From positions 160,001-224,000 of the forward strand of contig CAXXKA010000005.1 of assembly GCA_963668625.2 (NCBI GenBank): a DNA stretch of 64,000 nucleotides. The letters are read 5' to 3'. Positions 30,857 through 41,753 of the stretch are shown here, piece by piece. The translations under genes were made by a program, and so were the position numbers. Every line of letters starts with the position of its first letter. Positions within the stretch are counted from its first letter, which is position 1. Below the pieces are notes generated by a model, which did not search any database, was not told where the DNA came from, and saw only the letters and a program-made list of their open reading frames with translations. Source of the DNA: an uncultured candidate division Zixibacteria bacterium (GTDB lineage: Bacteria > Zixibacteria > MSB-5A5 > UBA10806 > 4484-95).

Positions 30857-32206
30857 ATGGATTATGATATTCTTGAATCATTAACTCTGATCGCCCAGGA
30901 GAAGAATCTCGAACTCGAATACGTGCTCGAGACAGTCGAGGCGGCGCTGGTACAGGCGGCCCGGAAGAAATTCGGTGATAACGACACGATCAAAGCTGAA
31001 ATCGACCGCAACACGGGCGAGGTCAGGGTATCCTGGACCAAGATCGTAGTCGATGAGATAATCGACAGGGCCAACGAGGCGCTGGTCGAGGAGGCCGAGG
31101 AGTTTTACTCCGATGTCGAGGTTGGTCAGGAACTTGATTTCCCTCTGGATTTCGCCGAGTTCGGTCGTAACGCGATAGCCTCCGCCAAGCAGATACTCAT
31201 ACAGAAAGTCCGTGAGGCGGAACGCGAACAGATATACGAGGAATATATACAGAAAGTCGGCGAGATGATAACCGGAACCGTACAGCAGATTGACAAAGGC
31301 AATATCATAGTCAATCTCGGTCGGGCTGAGGGTATCATTTTAAATAAAGAACAGATCAAGAAAGAGAAATTCAGGCAAGGCGACAGGATCAAGGCCTTTA
31401 TATACGATATACAAAAATCCAATCGGGGCCCGCAGATCAATTTGACTCGCTCATCACCGGATTTCCTCAAAAAGCTGTTCGAAAACGAGGTACCGGAAAT
31501 CTCCGAGAGGATCATCGAGGTAAAAGCTATCGCCCGCGAACCCGGGGAGCGTTCGAAAGTGGCGGTGTATTCAAATGATGATCGTATCGATGCTGTCGGC
31601 GCCTGTGTAGGCGTAAAAGGCAGTCGCGTGCAGAACATAGTACGCGAGCTCAACAACGAGCGAATCGACATCGTACCCTGGTCATCAGAGCCGATGATAT
31701 TCGTTACCAAGAGTCTGGCCCCGGCCAAGATCGTTCATGTCGATATCTCGCCCGAGGATCAGAAAATGCTGGTAGTTGTTGCCGATGACAAGTTGTCACT
31801 GGCTATCGGTAAAACCGGACAGAACGCCAGGCTGGCGGCTAAGCTGACCGGCTGGAAAATCAATATCATGTCCGAGACCGAATATAATGCTCTTCGCCAA
31901 ACCGAGGAGATGGAGAAGGTCGATATCGAGGATATGGAGGAGCTTAAAGAGGTCATGGTTCAGAAGCTTCTCTCGATTGGTATAGAGACTGCCCAGGATA
32001 TAGTCGAGAAGGGTATCGAGAGGCTCATTGACCTTGAGGGTGTCGGCGAGAAAACAGCCGAGAAATTGGTCGAGCAGGCCAAAGACGCTATCACCCGCAA
32101 ACTCGAGGAGATCGAGCGCGCCGCCTCCGAGGGCGAGGTTGCCAAGCCGGTCGAATTCGAATTTTCGCCCGAGGATACCAGCGCTCCGCGTATCGAGGAT
32201 TATTAA
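30857..32206 (+). CDS. nusA: Transcription termination factor NusA
   Basis: FGRNAIASAKQ, AREPGERSKVAV, GACVG and SLAIGKTGQNARLA motifs. Confidence 0.97.
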   Translation: MDYDILESLTLIAQEKNLELEYVLETVEAALVQAARKKFGDNDTIKAEIDRNTGEVRVSWTKIVVDEIIDRANEALVEEAEEFYSDVEVGQELDFPLDFAEFGRNAIASAKQILIQKVREAEREQIYEEYIQKVGEMITGTVQQIDKGNIIVNLGRAEGIILNKEQIKKEKFRQGDRIKAFIYDIQKSNRGPQINLTRSSPDFLKKLFENEVPEISERIIEVKAIAREPGERSKVAVYSNDDRIDAVGACVGVKGSRVQNIVRELNNERIDIVPWSSEPMIFVTKSLAPAKIVHVDISPEDQKMLVVVADDKLSLAIGKTGQNARLAAKLTGWKINIMSETEYNALRQTEEMEKVDIEDMEELKEVMVQKLLSIGIETAQDIVEKGIERLIDLEGVGEKTAEKLVEQAKDAITRKLEEIERAASEGEVAKPVEFEFSPEDTSAPRIEDY

Positions 32207-32259
32207 GATTAGAATTTTAGTTGGAGTTGGGATTAATTTAAGTCGCCAAAGAGGGAGAT

Positions 32260-34515
32260 ATGGCATCAGAAAAAAGACGAATATACGATATAGCGAAAGA
32301 ATTTAATGTCTCTTCAAAGGCGATGGTAGATATGATCAGGAATCTGGGCTTTGAAGTAAAGTCGCATTCCTCTACTGTTGGGCCGGAAGTAGTAACGGCA
32401 GTACAGAAAAGGCTGTCATCAGAAAAAGAAGAAGTTAAAAAGGGCATGGAGCGCAAAAAGAAAAAAGCGCTCGAGCGGAAAAATCTGGAAGCTGCTGCGG
32501 CCGGCAAGAAAAAAGAGACCGAACGTCGCGTATCAGCGGAGCTGAACAAGACCAAGAAAAAAAGTGGCAAGAAACTGGATCAGCTCAAGGAAGATGCCCG
32601 CAAAAAGAAAGACCGGAGAAAGCGTAAAAAAGAAAGAGTTGTGGATAAAAAAGCGGTTAAAGCTTCGTTCAAAAAAACCATGTCCAAGCTCGAAACCAGC
32701 CAGAAGCGCAAAAAATATCATCACAGGCAGGATAAACCCGGCGGCGAAATAGGCGGCGAGGATACGAAGACAATCAAGGTAAACGAGTTTATTACGGTTT
32801 CCGAACTGGCAACGCTCATGGAAGTCAAGCCTGCCAACGTAGTAGCCAAATGCATGGAATTGGGCATGATGGCAACGATCAACCAGCGTCTGGATTTGGA
32901 TACTATCGAGACTATCGCTTTAGAATTCGGTTTCAATGTCGAGGAGGACAGGTTAACCGGTGAGGATGATCTCGAGGTTGAAGAGTCCGAGGATAATCTG
33001 GAACGCCGCCCGCCGGTAGTAACCATTATGGGCCATGTCGATCACGGCAAAACCTCGCTTCTGGATTATATCCGGCATTCGCATATTATAGATGGCGAAT
33101 CCGGTGGCATTACCCAGCATATCGGCGCTTACCTGGTAAACCGTCCCGACGGCCAAATCGCTTTTTTGGATACTCCCGGTCACGAGGCTTTCTCGGCCAT
33201 GCGTGCCAGAGGCGCCCAGGTAACCGATATCGTCATCCTGGTAGTTGCCGCGGATGATTCGGTTATGCCGCAGACCATCGAGGCTATCGATCACTCGCGC
33301 GCGGCCGGTGTGCCGATTATCGTGGCGATTAATAAAATAGATTTACCCGGAATTAATATAGATAATATCAAAACTCAGCTTTCGAAACATAACCTCGTAC
33401 CGGAGGAATGGGGCGGCAAGACTATCATGGTCGAGATATCCGCTAAGTTCGGTACTAATATCGACAAGCTTTTGGAGATGGTGCTTTTGCAAGCCGAGCT
33501 AATGGATTTGAAAGCCGACTACGACCGTCTGGCGCAGGGTACCGTTATAGAGGCCCGGCTAGATAGAGGTAAAGGCGTTATCACCACCGTGCTGATACAG
33601 AAGGGTACCCTTCAAATAAGTGATCCCTTCGTCTCCGGAATTTACTCCGGTAAGGTAAGGGCTATTTTCGATGAACGCGGAGTCCGTGTTCCGAGTGTCG
33701 GCCCCTCAACGCCGGCTATGGTGCTTGGTTGTGATGGTGTTCCGCAGGCCGGCGACTCGTTCCGGGTTATGGCTCGGGAGAGCGAGGCCAAGGATATCAG
33801 TCAAAAACGCTTACGCCTGAAACGTGAGCGCGATTTCAGGATTATCAACCGGATCAAGCTAACCGATATATACGATCGAATCAAAGAGGGCCAGATACGC
33901 GAACTCAACCTTATTATCAAAGGCGATGTTGACGGCTCGGTCGAGGCTTTATCGGATACTCTCTCCAAGATATCTCATCAAGAGGTAGGTGTAAGAGTAA
34001 TTCACCGCGGCGTCGGCGCTATTACCGAATCGGATGTTTACATGGCCGCCGCCTCACAAGCGATCATTATAGGTTTCCACACCCGTCCGGAATACAAGGC
34101 GTCCGAACTGGCCGCCCGCGAGGGAGTCGAAATCAAGCTGTATAAAATTATCTACGAGGTCGAATCCGATATTAAAAAGGGCCTCGAGGGCTTATTGGCG
34201 CCAGACCTGGTGGAGAAACGTATAGGCCTAGCCGAAATTCGCCAGTTGATCAAAGTCCCTAAAATCGGATTTATCGCCGGCAGTTATGTCAAGGACGGCA
34301 TTATCAAGAGAAGCGCCAAGGCGCGAATCATCCGCAACGACATTACGGTTATAGATACCGTGATCACCTCGTTGAAAAGGTTTAAAGATGATGTCAGGGA
34401 AGTCCAGGCCGGTTATGAATGCGGAATCGGGCTTTCAGAGATCGGTGAGGCTGAAGTCGGCGATTTCGTGGAATTTTATGAAGTCGAGGAGGTTTCCAGA
34501 AAACTGGAGCCGTAG
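32260..34515 (+). CDS. infB: Translation initiation factor IF-2
   Basis: RPPVVTIMGHVDHGKT, DTPGH and NKID motifs. Confidence 0.97.
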   Translation: MASEKRRIYDIAKEFNVSSKAMVDMIRNLGFEVKSHSSTVGPEVVTAVQKRLSSEKEEVKKGMERKKKKALERKNLEAAAAGKKKETERRVSAELNKTKKKSGKKLDQLKEDARKKKDRRKRKKERVVDKKAVKASFKKTMSKLETSQKRKKYHHRQDKPGGEIGGEDTKTIKVNEFITVSELATLMEVKPANVVAKCMELGMMATINQRLDLDTIETIALEFGFNVEEDRLTGEDDLEVEESEDNLERRPPVVTIMGHVDHGKTSLLDYIRHSHIIDGESGGITQHIGAYLVNRPDGQIAFLDTPGHEAFSAMRARGAQVTDIVILVVAADDSVMPQTIEAIDHSRAAGVPIIVAINKIDLPGINIDNIKTQLSKHNLVPEEWGGKTIMVEISAKFGTNIDKLLEMVLLQAELMDLKADYDRLAQGTVIEARLDRGKGVITTVLIQKGTLQISDPFVSGIYSGKVRAIFDERGVRVPSVGPSTPAMVLGCDGVPQAGDSFRVMARESEAKDISQKRLRLKRERDFRIINRIKLTDIYDRIKEGQIRELNLIIKGDVDGSVEALSDTLSKISHQEVGVRVIHRGVGAITESDVYMAAASQAIIIGFHTRPEYKASELAAREGVEIKLYKIIYEVESDIKKGLEGLLAPDLVEKRIGLAEIRQLIKVPKIGFIAGSYVKDGIIKRSAKARIIRNDITVIDTVITSLKRFKDDVREVQAGYECGIGLSEIGEAEVGDFVEFYEVEEVSRKLEP

Positions 34516-34525
34516 AATCGTATAT

Positions 34526-34807
34526 ATGATAGTAGGCGTTGTTCGTGTCAGTATTCATTTTCCGGGGGCCGGCTCTTTGAAAGCAAAACGGAAAATCCTG
34601 TTGTCTTTGAAAGATAAGATAAAAAATAAGTTCAATGTCTCGGTGGCCGAACTGGAGGATAACGACAAATGGCAGATAGGAGTAATCGGCGTGGCTGTAA
34701 TCTCCAACGAAAAGGCACATGCCAATTCTGTCTTATCCAAAGTAATGGATATGATTAACGGCCGACCTGAGATCGTAGTAACGGATATGCAATTGGAGTG
34801 GATGTGA
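34526..34807 (+). CDS. DUF503 (YlxP) family protein
   Basis: MIVG...SLKAKR...KFNVSVAE; usual position between infB and rbfA. Confidence 0.88.
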   Translation: MIVGVVRVSIHFPGAGSLKAKRKILLSLKDKIKNKFNVSVAELEDNDKWQIGVIGVAVISNEKAHANSVLSKVMDMINGRPEIVVTDMQLEWM

Positions 34808-35166
34808 AAGATTTCTCGCGTTCCGATAGATTATCATCACAACTTAGCCGGGAGCTCTCAGAAATTCTCAGAGCCCACCCGAGGTTGCCGCATGGCTTGA
34901 TTATTTCCGTGATGGGGGTCGAACTAACTAAAGATCTTCGTAGCGGCAAGGTGTATTATTCAGCCTTCGGTCCGGATGAGGCCAAGGAAAAAGCCGAGGA
35001 ATTCATTAATGATAACAAAAAGCGAATTCGCAAAGAGCTTGCCGCGAAAGTCAGGGTGCGATACGTACCGGAACTGACATATTTATACGACTCCTCGATG
35101 GAGCGCGGCCAGAGGATTAACGAATTGCTTGAACGAATAAAAAGTGATGATGAAGAGCAACAGTGA
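34798..35166 (+). CDS. rbfA: Ribosome-binding factor A
   Basis: VELTKDLR and RYVPELTYLYDSS motifs. Confidence 0.92.
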   Translation: MDVKDFSRSDRLSSQLSRELSEILRAHPRLPHGLIISVMGVELTKDLRSGKVYYSAFGPDEAKEKAEEFINDNKKRIRKELAAKVRVRYVPELTYLYDSSMERGQRINELLERIKSDDEEQQ

Positions 35167-36127
35167 TTTCCAGCAAATAATCGAGCTTTTTGAAAACAAA
35201 AACCGCTTCCTTATAACTTCGCATCAAGACCCGGATGGCGATTCTATAGGTACGCTGATAGGCTTGTATAAATTCTTGACCGGCCTCGGCAAAGATGTGA
35301 TAGTTTATAATCAGGGTAACCTTCCCAAGAAATACAAATTCCTCGATCCTGATAATATCATCAATTTCGATGATAAGCCTCTCGATTTCGATCCGGAAAA
35401 CGTGATCGTACTCGAATGTCCGGAAATCGAGCGTATCGGTTTCGTTCAGAAATATATCAGCAAAGATATGACATTGCTAAATATCGATCATCACCCGAAT
35501 AACCGTAATTATGGCCATATCAACTATGTCGATGAATCGGCCAGTGCGGTTGCCGAGATCATTTTCGATATCATTAAATCCAATGGCCATCGAATTACAC
35601 CCGATATCGCCGAGGCATTCTATGTAGGTATAGCCTCCGATACCGGGAGATTCAAATTCGCTAACACCAGTTCCGATTGTTTCGAGGCTGTCTCGGAATT
35701 AGTCAGCGCCGGGGCTAATCCGAAAACAGTAGCCGATAAGATATTCTCATCCTATCCGGCGGGCGCGATCAAGTTACTGGGGCACTTATTACAGTCATTA
35801 AAACTGTTCGATAACGGCAGGATATGTGTACTGATATTAAAGCAAGCCGATTTGGAAAAATACGATGTGCAAATGGAGGATACCGAGGGTATCATAGACT
35901 ATTCGCTGGTAATCGAGGGTGTGAAAGTAGGCGCCTTATTCAAGGAGCGGGGGAAGTCTGTCGTCAAAGTCGGGCTGCGCTCGCAGAATGGTATTAACAT
36001 AGGCGAATTCGCGAAAAGCAAAGGCGGCGGCGGTCACGATAACGCGGCCGGTTTTACCGTCGAATTACCCATAGATGAGGCTGTGGATACGATTGTTAAA
36101 GAAATAGCGGAGTACCTTAATGATTAA
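35144..36127 (+). CDS. nrnA: DHH/DHHA1 nanoRNase/pAp phosphatase
   Basis: HQDPDGD, IDHH, DTGRF and GGGH motifs. Confidence 0.9.
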   Translation: MMMKSNSDFQQIIELFENKNRFLITSHQDPDGDSIGTLIGLYKFLTGLGKDVIVYNQGNLPKKYKFLDPDNIINFDDKPLDFDPENVIVLECPEIERIGFVQKYISKDMTLLNIDHHPNNRNYGHINYVDESASAVAEIIFDIIKSNGHRITPDIAEAFYVGIASDTGRFKFANTSSDCFEAVSELVSAGANPKTVADKIFSSYPAGAIKLLGHLLQSLKLFDNGRICVLILKQADLEKYDVQMEDTEGIIDYSLVIEGVKVGALFKERGKSVVKVGLRSQNGINIGEFAKSKGGGGHDNAAGFTVELPIDEAVDTIVKEIAEYLND

Positions 36128-37070
36128 CGGCTTAGTACTCCTGGATAAACCTGGTGGAATCACCTCGCATGATGTGGTGGATGAGGTACGGAAAATTATC
36201 AGGCAAAAAAGGGTTGGCCATACGGGGATACTCGATCCGGCGGCGACCGGTTTGATGGTTATGCTTCTGGGAAAAGGGACTTTGTTCTCCTCGCATTTAA
36301 CCGGCTCGGATAAACGTTACACCGCCTTGATCGAGTTCGGCAGAGCTACCGATACTTACGACATCGAGGGTGAGACCACTAAACAGGCCGACCCGGGCTC
36401 GATGACCGAGGAGCAATTCAAGGATGCTTGTAGCGGTTTTATCGGCAAGATTAGGCAGATCATCCCGGCTTATTCGGCTGTGAAAGTCAATGGCAAAAGG
36501 ATGTATAAGTCGGCGCGCGAGGGCGAGGAGGTGCCGGTTAAGCATAAGGATGTCGAAATTTACGATATCGATATAATCTCGTTCGACTGGCCGGAGGTGA
36601 CCATACTTATCAAGTGCGGCTCGGGTACCTATGTCAGAAGTTTAGCGCATGAACTGGGCGAGAAACTCGGTATCGGGGCATATTTGAAAAAATTGGTAAG
36701 AACGAGCGTAGGCAATTTCAGTTTAAAACAAGCGCTTCATTTAGAGGATTTAAAGCAAAGTTTCGATGAGGGGCTTATAATGAATGTTGTCAAACCTCTG
36801 GTTGAGGCATTGCCCGAAAAGCCGACAATCTCGATTCGGCCGGAATATTATAATGCCATTCTGGAGGGTAAACCGTTTATAAAGAAATACTTAGAACAAA
36901 CCGATTATAAAGGGCCGGGCGGCTGCCTGTCACTTTTATTGGGGCCGGAAAATAAAGTTTTAGCTCTGGCCAAACTTAATTATAATTGGGGGAGTTTTAA
37001 TCGTTTGGAAAGTCGCGATACTCTGGGAAAGTATGTAAGGATCATCGATGAAGGTCATCTACGGAATTAG
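36120..37070 (+). CDS. truB: tRNA pseudouridine(55) synthase
   Basis: DKPGGITSHD, GHTGILDP and GTYVRSL motifs. Confidence 0.95.
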   Translation: MINGLVLLDKPGGITSHDVVDEVRKIIRQKRVGHTGILDPAATGLMVMLLGKGTLFSSHLTGSDKRYTALIEFGRATDTYDIEGETTKQADPGSMTEEQFKDACSGFIGKIRQIIPAYSAVKVNGKRMYKSAREGEEVPVKHKDVEIYDIDIISFDWPEVTILIKCGSGTYVRSLAHELGEKLGIGAYLKKLVRTSVGNFSLKQALHLEDLKQSFDEGLIMNVVKPLVEALPEKPTISIRPEYYNAILEGKPFIKKYLEQTDYKGPGGCLSLLLGPENKVLALAKLNYNWGSFNRLESRDTLGKYVRIIDEGHLRN

Positions 37071-37977
37071 CGCCTTAGAGGATGCCGGTATCAAGTCATC
37101 CACGGTAACCGTGGGCACGTTTGACGGCGTTCACAAGGGACACCTGGTACTATTAAATCGCCTGATACAGGCGGCCTCCGAGCAGGGTACGCCCTCAGCG
37201 GTGGTGACATTCGATCCACATCCCCAGATGGTACTGGGGAATCGCGGACGGATGGAGATATTGAACACAACCGAGGAGAAACTCGAAATACTCGATAAAG
37301 TCAACCCAGATTACGTAATAATCCTCGAATTCAATCAACAGCTTGCCTCTTTGGAGGCTGAGGATTATATTCAACGTATTCTTGTTGAGGATCTGGGCCT
37401 GCGACATTTCGTGGTGGGTTACGATCATAGTTTCGGAAAAGGCCGACGGGGTAATTTCGATCTGGTAAAAAGCCTCTCGGATAGTTATAATTACACCTGT
37501 GAGATGGTCGGTCCCGTCCACAACGGCGGTGGGCCGATTAAGTCAAGCAGGATTAGAATAGAATTGACCGAGGGTGAATACACCAATGCTGTTAAAATGC
37601 TGGGCTATCCGTACTTTATTACCGGCGAGGTAGTCCGGGGCAGAGGCGTCGGCAAAACACTGGGTTACCCCACGATCAATATTAACATGCCCCCCGGTAA
37701 ACTTCTGCCTAAAGCCGGCGTGTATGCCGCCAGGGTTAAGGTCGATGATATTGTCGTACCGGGCATGTCATATATCGGCGGACGCTTGACTTTTGACGAT
37801 GAAACGATTACTGTAGAGGTTAACTTATTCGATTTCGACGGGGATTTATCAGGCAAAAAGGTAAGGATGACACTGGAACGATATACCAGGCCGCCGGTGA
37901 AATACGAATCCGTCGAGGAGCTTACCCAAGCCCTGGCGGAGGATGAAAAAGAAGTTAGAAAAATATTACATATTTGA
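37048..37977 (+). CDS. ribF: Riboflavin kinase/FAD synthetase
   Basis: GTFDGVHKGH, TFDPHP and LGYPTIN motifs. Confidence 0.95.
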   Translation: MKVIYGISALEDAGIKSSTVTVGTFDGVHKGHLVLLNRLIQAASEQGTPSAVVTFDPHPQMVLGNRGRMEILNTTEEKLEILDKVNPDYVIILEFNQQLASLEAEDYIQRILVEDLGLRHFVVGYDHSFGKGRRGNFDLVKSLSDSYNYTCEMVGPVHNGGGPIKSSRIRIELTEGEYTNAVKMLGYPYFITGEVVRGRGVGKTLGYPTININMPPGKLLPKAGVYAARVKVDDIVVPGMSYIGGRLTFDDETITVEVNLFDFDGDLSGKKVRMTLERYTRPPVKYESVEELTQALAEDEKEVRKILHI

Positions 37978-37986
37978 GGAGGAATT

Positions 37987-38256
37987 GTGCCTTTAAGCAA
38001 AGAAGTACAAGAACAAATAGTTAGCGAGTATCAACTGCACGAGAAAGATACCGGATCGGTTGAGGTCCAGGTTGCTACTCTTACCCGTAGGATAAATGAT
38101 CTTACCGGTCATTTAAAAACCCATAAAAAAGACCATCACTCCCGACTGGGATTATTGAAGATGGTCGGACGCAGGCGCAGAATGCTTTCGTACCTGAAAA
38201 GAACTAACCTTGAAGCATACCAGGCGCTAATTGAAAACCTGAAGTTACGTAAGTAG
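37987..38256 (+). CDS. rpsO: 30S ribosomal protein S15
   Basis: [10 protein letters not shown] and [11 protein letters not shown] motifs. Confidence 0.97.
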   Translation: MPLSKEVQEQIVSEYQLHEKDTGSVEVQVATLTRRINDLTGHLKTHKKDHHSRLGLLKMVGRRRRMLSYLKRTNLEAYQALIENLKLRK

Positions 38257-38281
38257 TAGCGAAGAGACGATTGAGGAAAGA

Positions 38282-40474
38282 ATGTTAGATGAGATACATC
38301 AGGTAGAAATTTCTATCGACGATAGAACTCTATCGATCCAAACCGGTCATGTAGCCAAACAGGCGTCCGGTGCGGTACTCGTACGCTTAGGCGATACGAT
38401 TGTTTTAGCCACGGCCTGTATGTCGGATGCAAGACCCGACCAGGACTGGTTCCCGTTAACCGTAGATTACAGAGAAAAAGCTTACGCCGCCGGTAAAATT
38501 CCCGGTGGTTTTTTCAAAAGAGAGGGCCGTCCAACGGAGAAGGAAATTCTTAGTTCGCGTTTGGTCGATAGGCCGATTCGCCCGCTTTTCCCCAATGGCT
38601 TTTTCAACGAGGTTCAGGTGCTCTTGAGTGTCCTGTCCTCCGACCAGGAAAACGATTCGGATATCCTGGGCATTATCGGCGCCTCCGCAGCGCTTAGCAT
38701 CTCCGACATACCGTTCGAAAAAGCGATTGCCGGTGTCAGGGTTGCCCGCGTGGCCGGCCAGTTGAAAATTTTACCGACTGTCTCCGAACTCGAAGAGAAC
38801 GATATCAATATCGTGGTTTCCGGTTCGACCGACGCCATTAACATGGTTGAGGGTGGAGCCCACGAGGTATCAGAAACCGATATGCTCGAAGCCCTCGATT
38901 TCGCTCATGATTGGATCAAGAAAATCGTTACGGCTATCGAGGAGTTAAAAAGCAAATGCGGCAAGCCCAAAGCCGAATTCGCGCCGCCCGAGGTGAATGA
39001 GGATATGGCCAAAGAAGTCACCGATATGGCGACCGAACGTATCAAAGATGCCAACCGTACTATCGATAAACACGAGCGGCAGGATAAAATCAACAAGCTT
39101 ACCGACGAGATACAGGAAAAGCTTGCCGAGAAATATCCCGAGCAGGAAAAGGCGATCAACGCTCTCATACACGATATCGAAAAAACCGATATGCGTGATA
39201 TGACTTTAAACGAACAGAAACGTATTGACGGCAGAGGCTACACCGATATCCGCGATATCACCTGCGAGGTTGGCGTATTGCCTCGTCCACACGGCAGCGC
39301 AATATTCACCCGGGGACAGACTCAGGCATTAGTAGCCACCACCCTCGGCACTAAGATGGATGAGCAAAAAATAGATGATATTCTTGGCGAATCGTTCAAG
39401 AGTTTCATGCTTCACTATAATTTCCCGCCGTTCTCTACCGGCGAAACCAAATTCCTTCGCGGCCCGGGCAGGCGTGAAATCGGTCACGGTGCTTTGGCCG
39501 AACGTGCGCTTGAGCAGGTTATCCCGCTGGAGTCGGGTTTCCCGTACACAATCCGCATCGTTTCGGATGTTATGGAGTCCAACGGCTCATCCTCGATGGC
39601 TACCGTTTGCGGCAGCTCTTTGAGCTTAATGGATGCCGGCGTGCCGATTAAGGCGCCCGTTGCCGGTATCGCTATGGGACTTATCAAAGAGGGTGAAAAA
39701 TACGCTGTGCTTACTGATATCCTCGGCGCTGAGGATCATCTCGGCGACATGGATTTCAAAGTTGCCGGTACCAGTGAGGGTATTACGGCTTTCCAGATGG
39801 ATGTCAAGATTACCGGTATCGATCGCGAGATCATGGCTAAGGCTCTCGATCAAGCGCATGACGCCAGGATGTTTCTCCTCGGCAAGATGCTTGAGGTAAT
39901 CGATAAACCCAGAGAGGAACTCTCACAATACGCCCCGAGAATTATCTTCATGAAGATTAAAGTCGAGAAGATCGGCGAGGTGATCGGGCCCGGAGGCAAG
40001 ATGATACGCAGTATTATCGAGGAGACCGGCGCCAAGATCGATATTGAGGATGATGGTACCGTACTAATCGCCTCGGTTGACCAGGCCGCCGGTGAGGCCG
40101 CTAAAAAGCGTGTCGAACAACTCACCGAGGAAGCCGTAATCGGTAAAATCTATGAGGGTAAAGTCAGGCGGGTAACCAATTTCGGCGCATTTATCGAGAT
40201 TATTCCCGGTACCGATGGCATGGTTCATATTTCCGAATTGGAAAATTTCCGTGTCGAAAGGGTTGAGGATATCATCAATGTTGGCGATATGGTTAGTGTC
40301 AAAGTGATCGATATAGACCGTGAAGGTAAAATCAGGCTTTCTCGTAAAGCCGCTATCTACGGTGATGACGCAACGCCAAGCAGCCCCAGGCCTGACAGAG
40401 ATAGAGATAGAGGTGGCGATAGAGGCGGCCGCAGGCCCCGCAATGATGGTGACCGTAGAGGTAACAGAAGATAG
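38282..40474 (+). CDS. pnp: Polyribonucleotide nucleotidyltransferase
   Basis: GKIPGGFFKREG, RREIGHG, ESNGSSSMA and DMDFKVAG motifs; KH and S1 domains. Confidence 0.97.
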   Translation: MLDEIHQVEISIDDRTLSIQTGHVAKQASGAVLVRLGDTIVLATACMSDARPDQDWFPLTVDYREKAYAAGKIPGGFFKREGRPTEKEILSSRLVDRPIRPLFPNGFFNEVQVLLSVLSSDQENDSDILGIIGASAALSISDIPFEKAIAGVRVARVAGQLKILPTVSELEENDINIVVSGSTDAINMVEGGAHEVSETDMLEALDFAHDWIKKIVTAIEELKSKCGKPKAEFAPPEVNEDMAKEVTDMATERIKDANRTIDKHERQDKINKLTDEIQEKLAEKYPEQEKAINALIHDIEKTDMRDMTLNEQKRIDGRGYTDIRDITCEVGVLPRPHGSAIFTRGQTQALVATTLGTKMDEQKIDDILGESFKSFMLHYNFPPFSTGETKFLRGPGRREIGHGALAERALEQVIPLESGFPYTIRIVSDVMESNGSSSMATVCGSSLSLMDAGVPIKAPVAGIAMGLIKEGEKYAVLTDILGAEDHLGDMDFKVAGTSEGITAFQMDVKITGIDREIMAKALDQAHDARMFLLGKMLEVIDKPREELSQYAPRIIFMKIKVEKIGEVIGPGGKMIRSIIEETGAKIDIEDDGTVLIASVDQAAGEAAKKRVEQLTEEAVIGKIYEGKVRRVTNFGAFIEIIPGTDGMVHISELENFRVERVEDIINVGDMVSVKVIDIDREGKIRLSRKAAIYGDDATPSSPRPDRDRDRGGDRGGRRPRNDGDRRGNRR

Positions 40475-40482
40475 ATAAATTA

Positions 40483-41748
40483 GTGCAACCACAATATAGA
40501 AAAACAGTACTACCTGACGGATTGAGAATTATCTCCGAGACGATTCCTTCCGTCAGGTCTATCTCAATCGGCCTATGGATTGATACTGGCTCCCGCGATG
40601 AACCTAAAGGTTTCGAGGGAGTTTCCCATTTTATAGAGCATATGGTGTTTAAAGGTACCGATACCCGTTCACCTCTGGATATCGTCTCGTATATCGAATC
40701 AGTCGGTGGTATTTTAAACGCCTTTACCAGCCGCGAAAACACCTGTTTCCTGGCAAAAGTCATCGATTTACAGTTACCCCGAGCGGTTGAAATTCTGGCC
40801 GATCTGGCTTTCAACGCCCGTTTCGATGAGGCCGATATCGACAAGGAAAAGAAAATCGTTATTGATGAAATACACGAGGTGGATGATACACCCTCCGATC
40901 TTGTGCACGATATCTTTGCCGAATCGATATATGGCGAGCACGCCCTGGGCAGGCCCATACTCGGCACCCAGGATTCAGTTTCGGGTCTTACTCGTGAAGG
41001 CATACTCGGATATCGCGACCGAAAATATATCCGAAAGAAAATGATGGTTGTCGTATCTGGTAATATGAAACACGAGGAATTGGTTGAACTGGTCAAACGT
41101 TATTTCCCAAAAACTCCCGCTAACGATATCGCGATAGAACCTCGAGTCGCCCCGAAATTCATCTCCGGCCTAACCGTTAAAACCCAGAAAACCAATCAAA
41201 CTCATATCTGTATCGGCGCGCCGGCTGTAGGTTTCGGCAGTGGGCAACGACCCGCCCTGTTGCTGCTGAATTCGATTATCGGCGGCGGCATGTCCTCCCG
41301 GCTGTTTCAGCGAATACGCGAAGAACTTGGCATGGCCTATACCGTTTTCTCCTATATCGACTTCTTCAGGGACTCGAGTGTGATCGGCGCCTATCTCAAT
41401 ACCGACAAAAAATATACCGCCCAGGTAATACTCAACACTTTCGATGAGTTGGAGAAACTTAGTAATAGCGACCTTACCCTGCAGGAGATTGATTCGGCCA
41501 AGGAACAGCTTAAAGGCTCGCTCGTTTTGGGATTGGAGAACACCTCTCACAGGATGAACCGTCTGGCCAAACACGAACTCTTGATCGATCGCTATATAGG
41601 GGTTGATGAGACTATCGAGGAGATCGATAAAGTAACGATAGAACAGGTACGGCTTCTTGCCCGGGAACTTTTCAAACCGGATAATTATCAGGTTACCGTA
41701 CTGGGGCCAATGACAAAGTCAGGAATCGAAAAACAAATAACTCGCTAG
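40483..41748 (+). CDS. M16B zinc peptidase (pitrilysin/MPP-like)
   Basis: HFIEH motif; GGGMSSRLFQRIRE. Confidence 0.93.
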   Translation: MQPQYRKTVLPDGLRIISETIPSVRSISIGLWIDTGSRDEPKGFEGVSHFIEHMVFKGTDTRSPLDIVSYIESVGGILNAFTSRENTCFLAKVIDLQLPRAVEILADLAFNARFDEADIDKEKKIVIDEIHEVDDTPSDLVHDIFAESIYGEHALGRPILGTQDSVSGLTREGILGYRDRKYIRKKMMVVVSGNMKHEELVELVKRYFPKTPANDIAIEPRVAPKFISGLTVKTQKTNQTHICIGAPAVGFGSGQRPALLLLNSIIGGGMSSRLFQRIREELGMAYTVFSYIDFFRDSSVIGAYLNTDKKYTAQVILNTFDELEKLSNSDLTLQEIDSAKEQLKGSLVLGLENTSHRMNRLAKHELLIDRYIGVDETIEEIDKVTIEQVRLLARELFKPDNYQVTVLGPMTKSGIEKQITR

Positions 41749-41753
41749 CTAAT

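Noticed and set aside
34388-34525. N-terminal extension of the DUF503 ORF
   Set aside because: It overlaps the end of infB, and the family sequence begins at ATG 34526.
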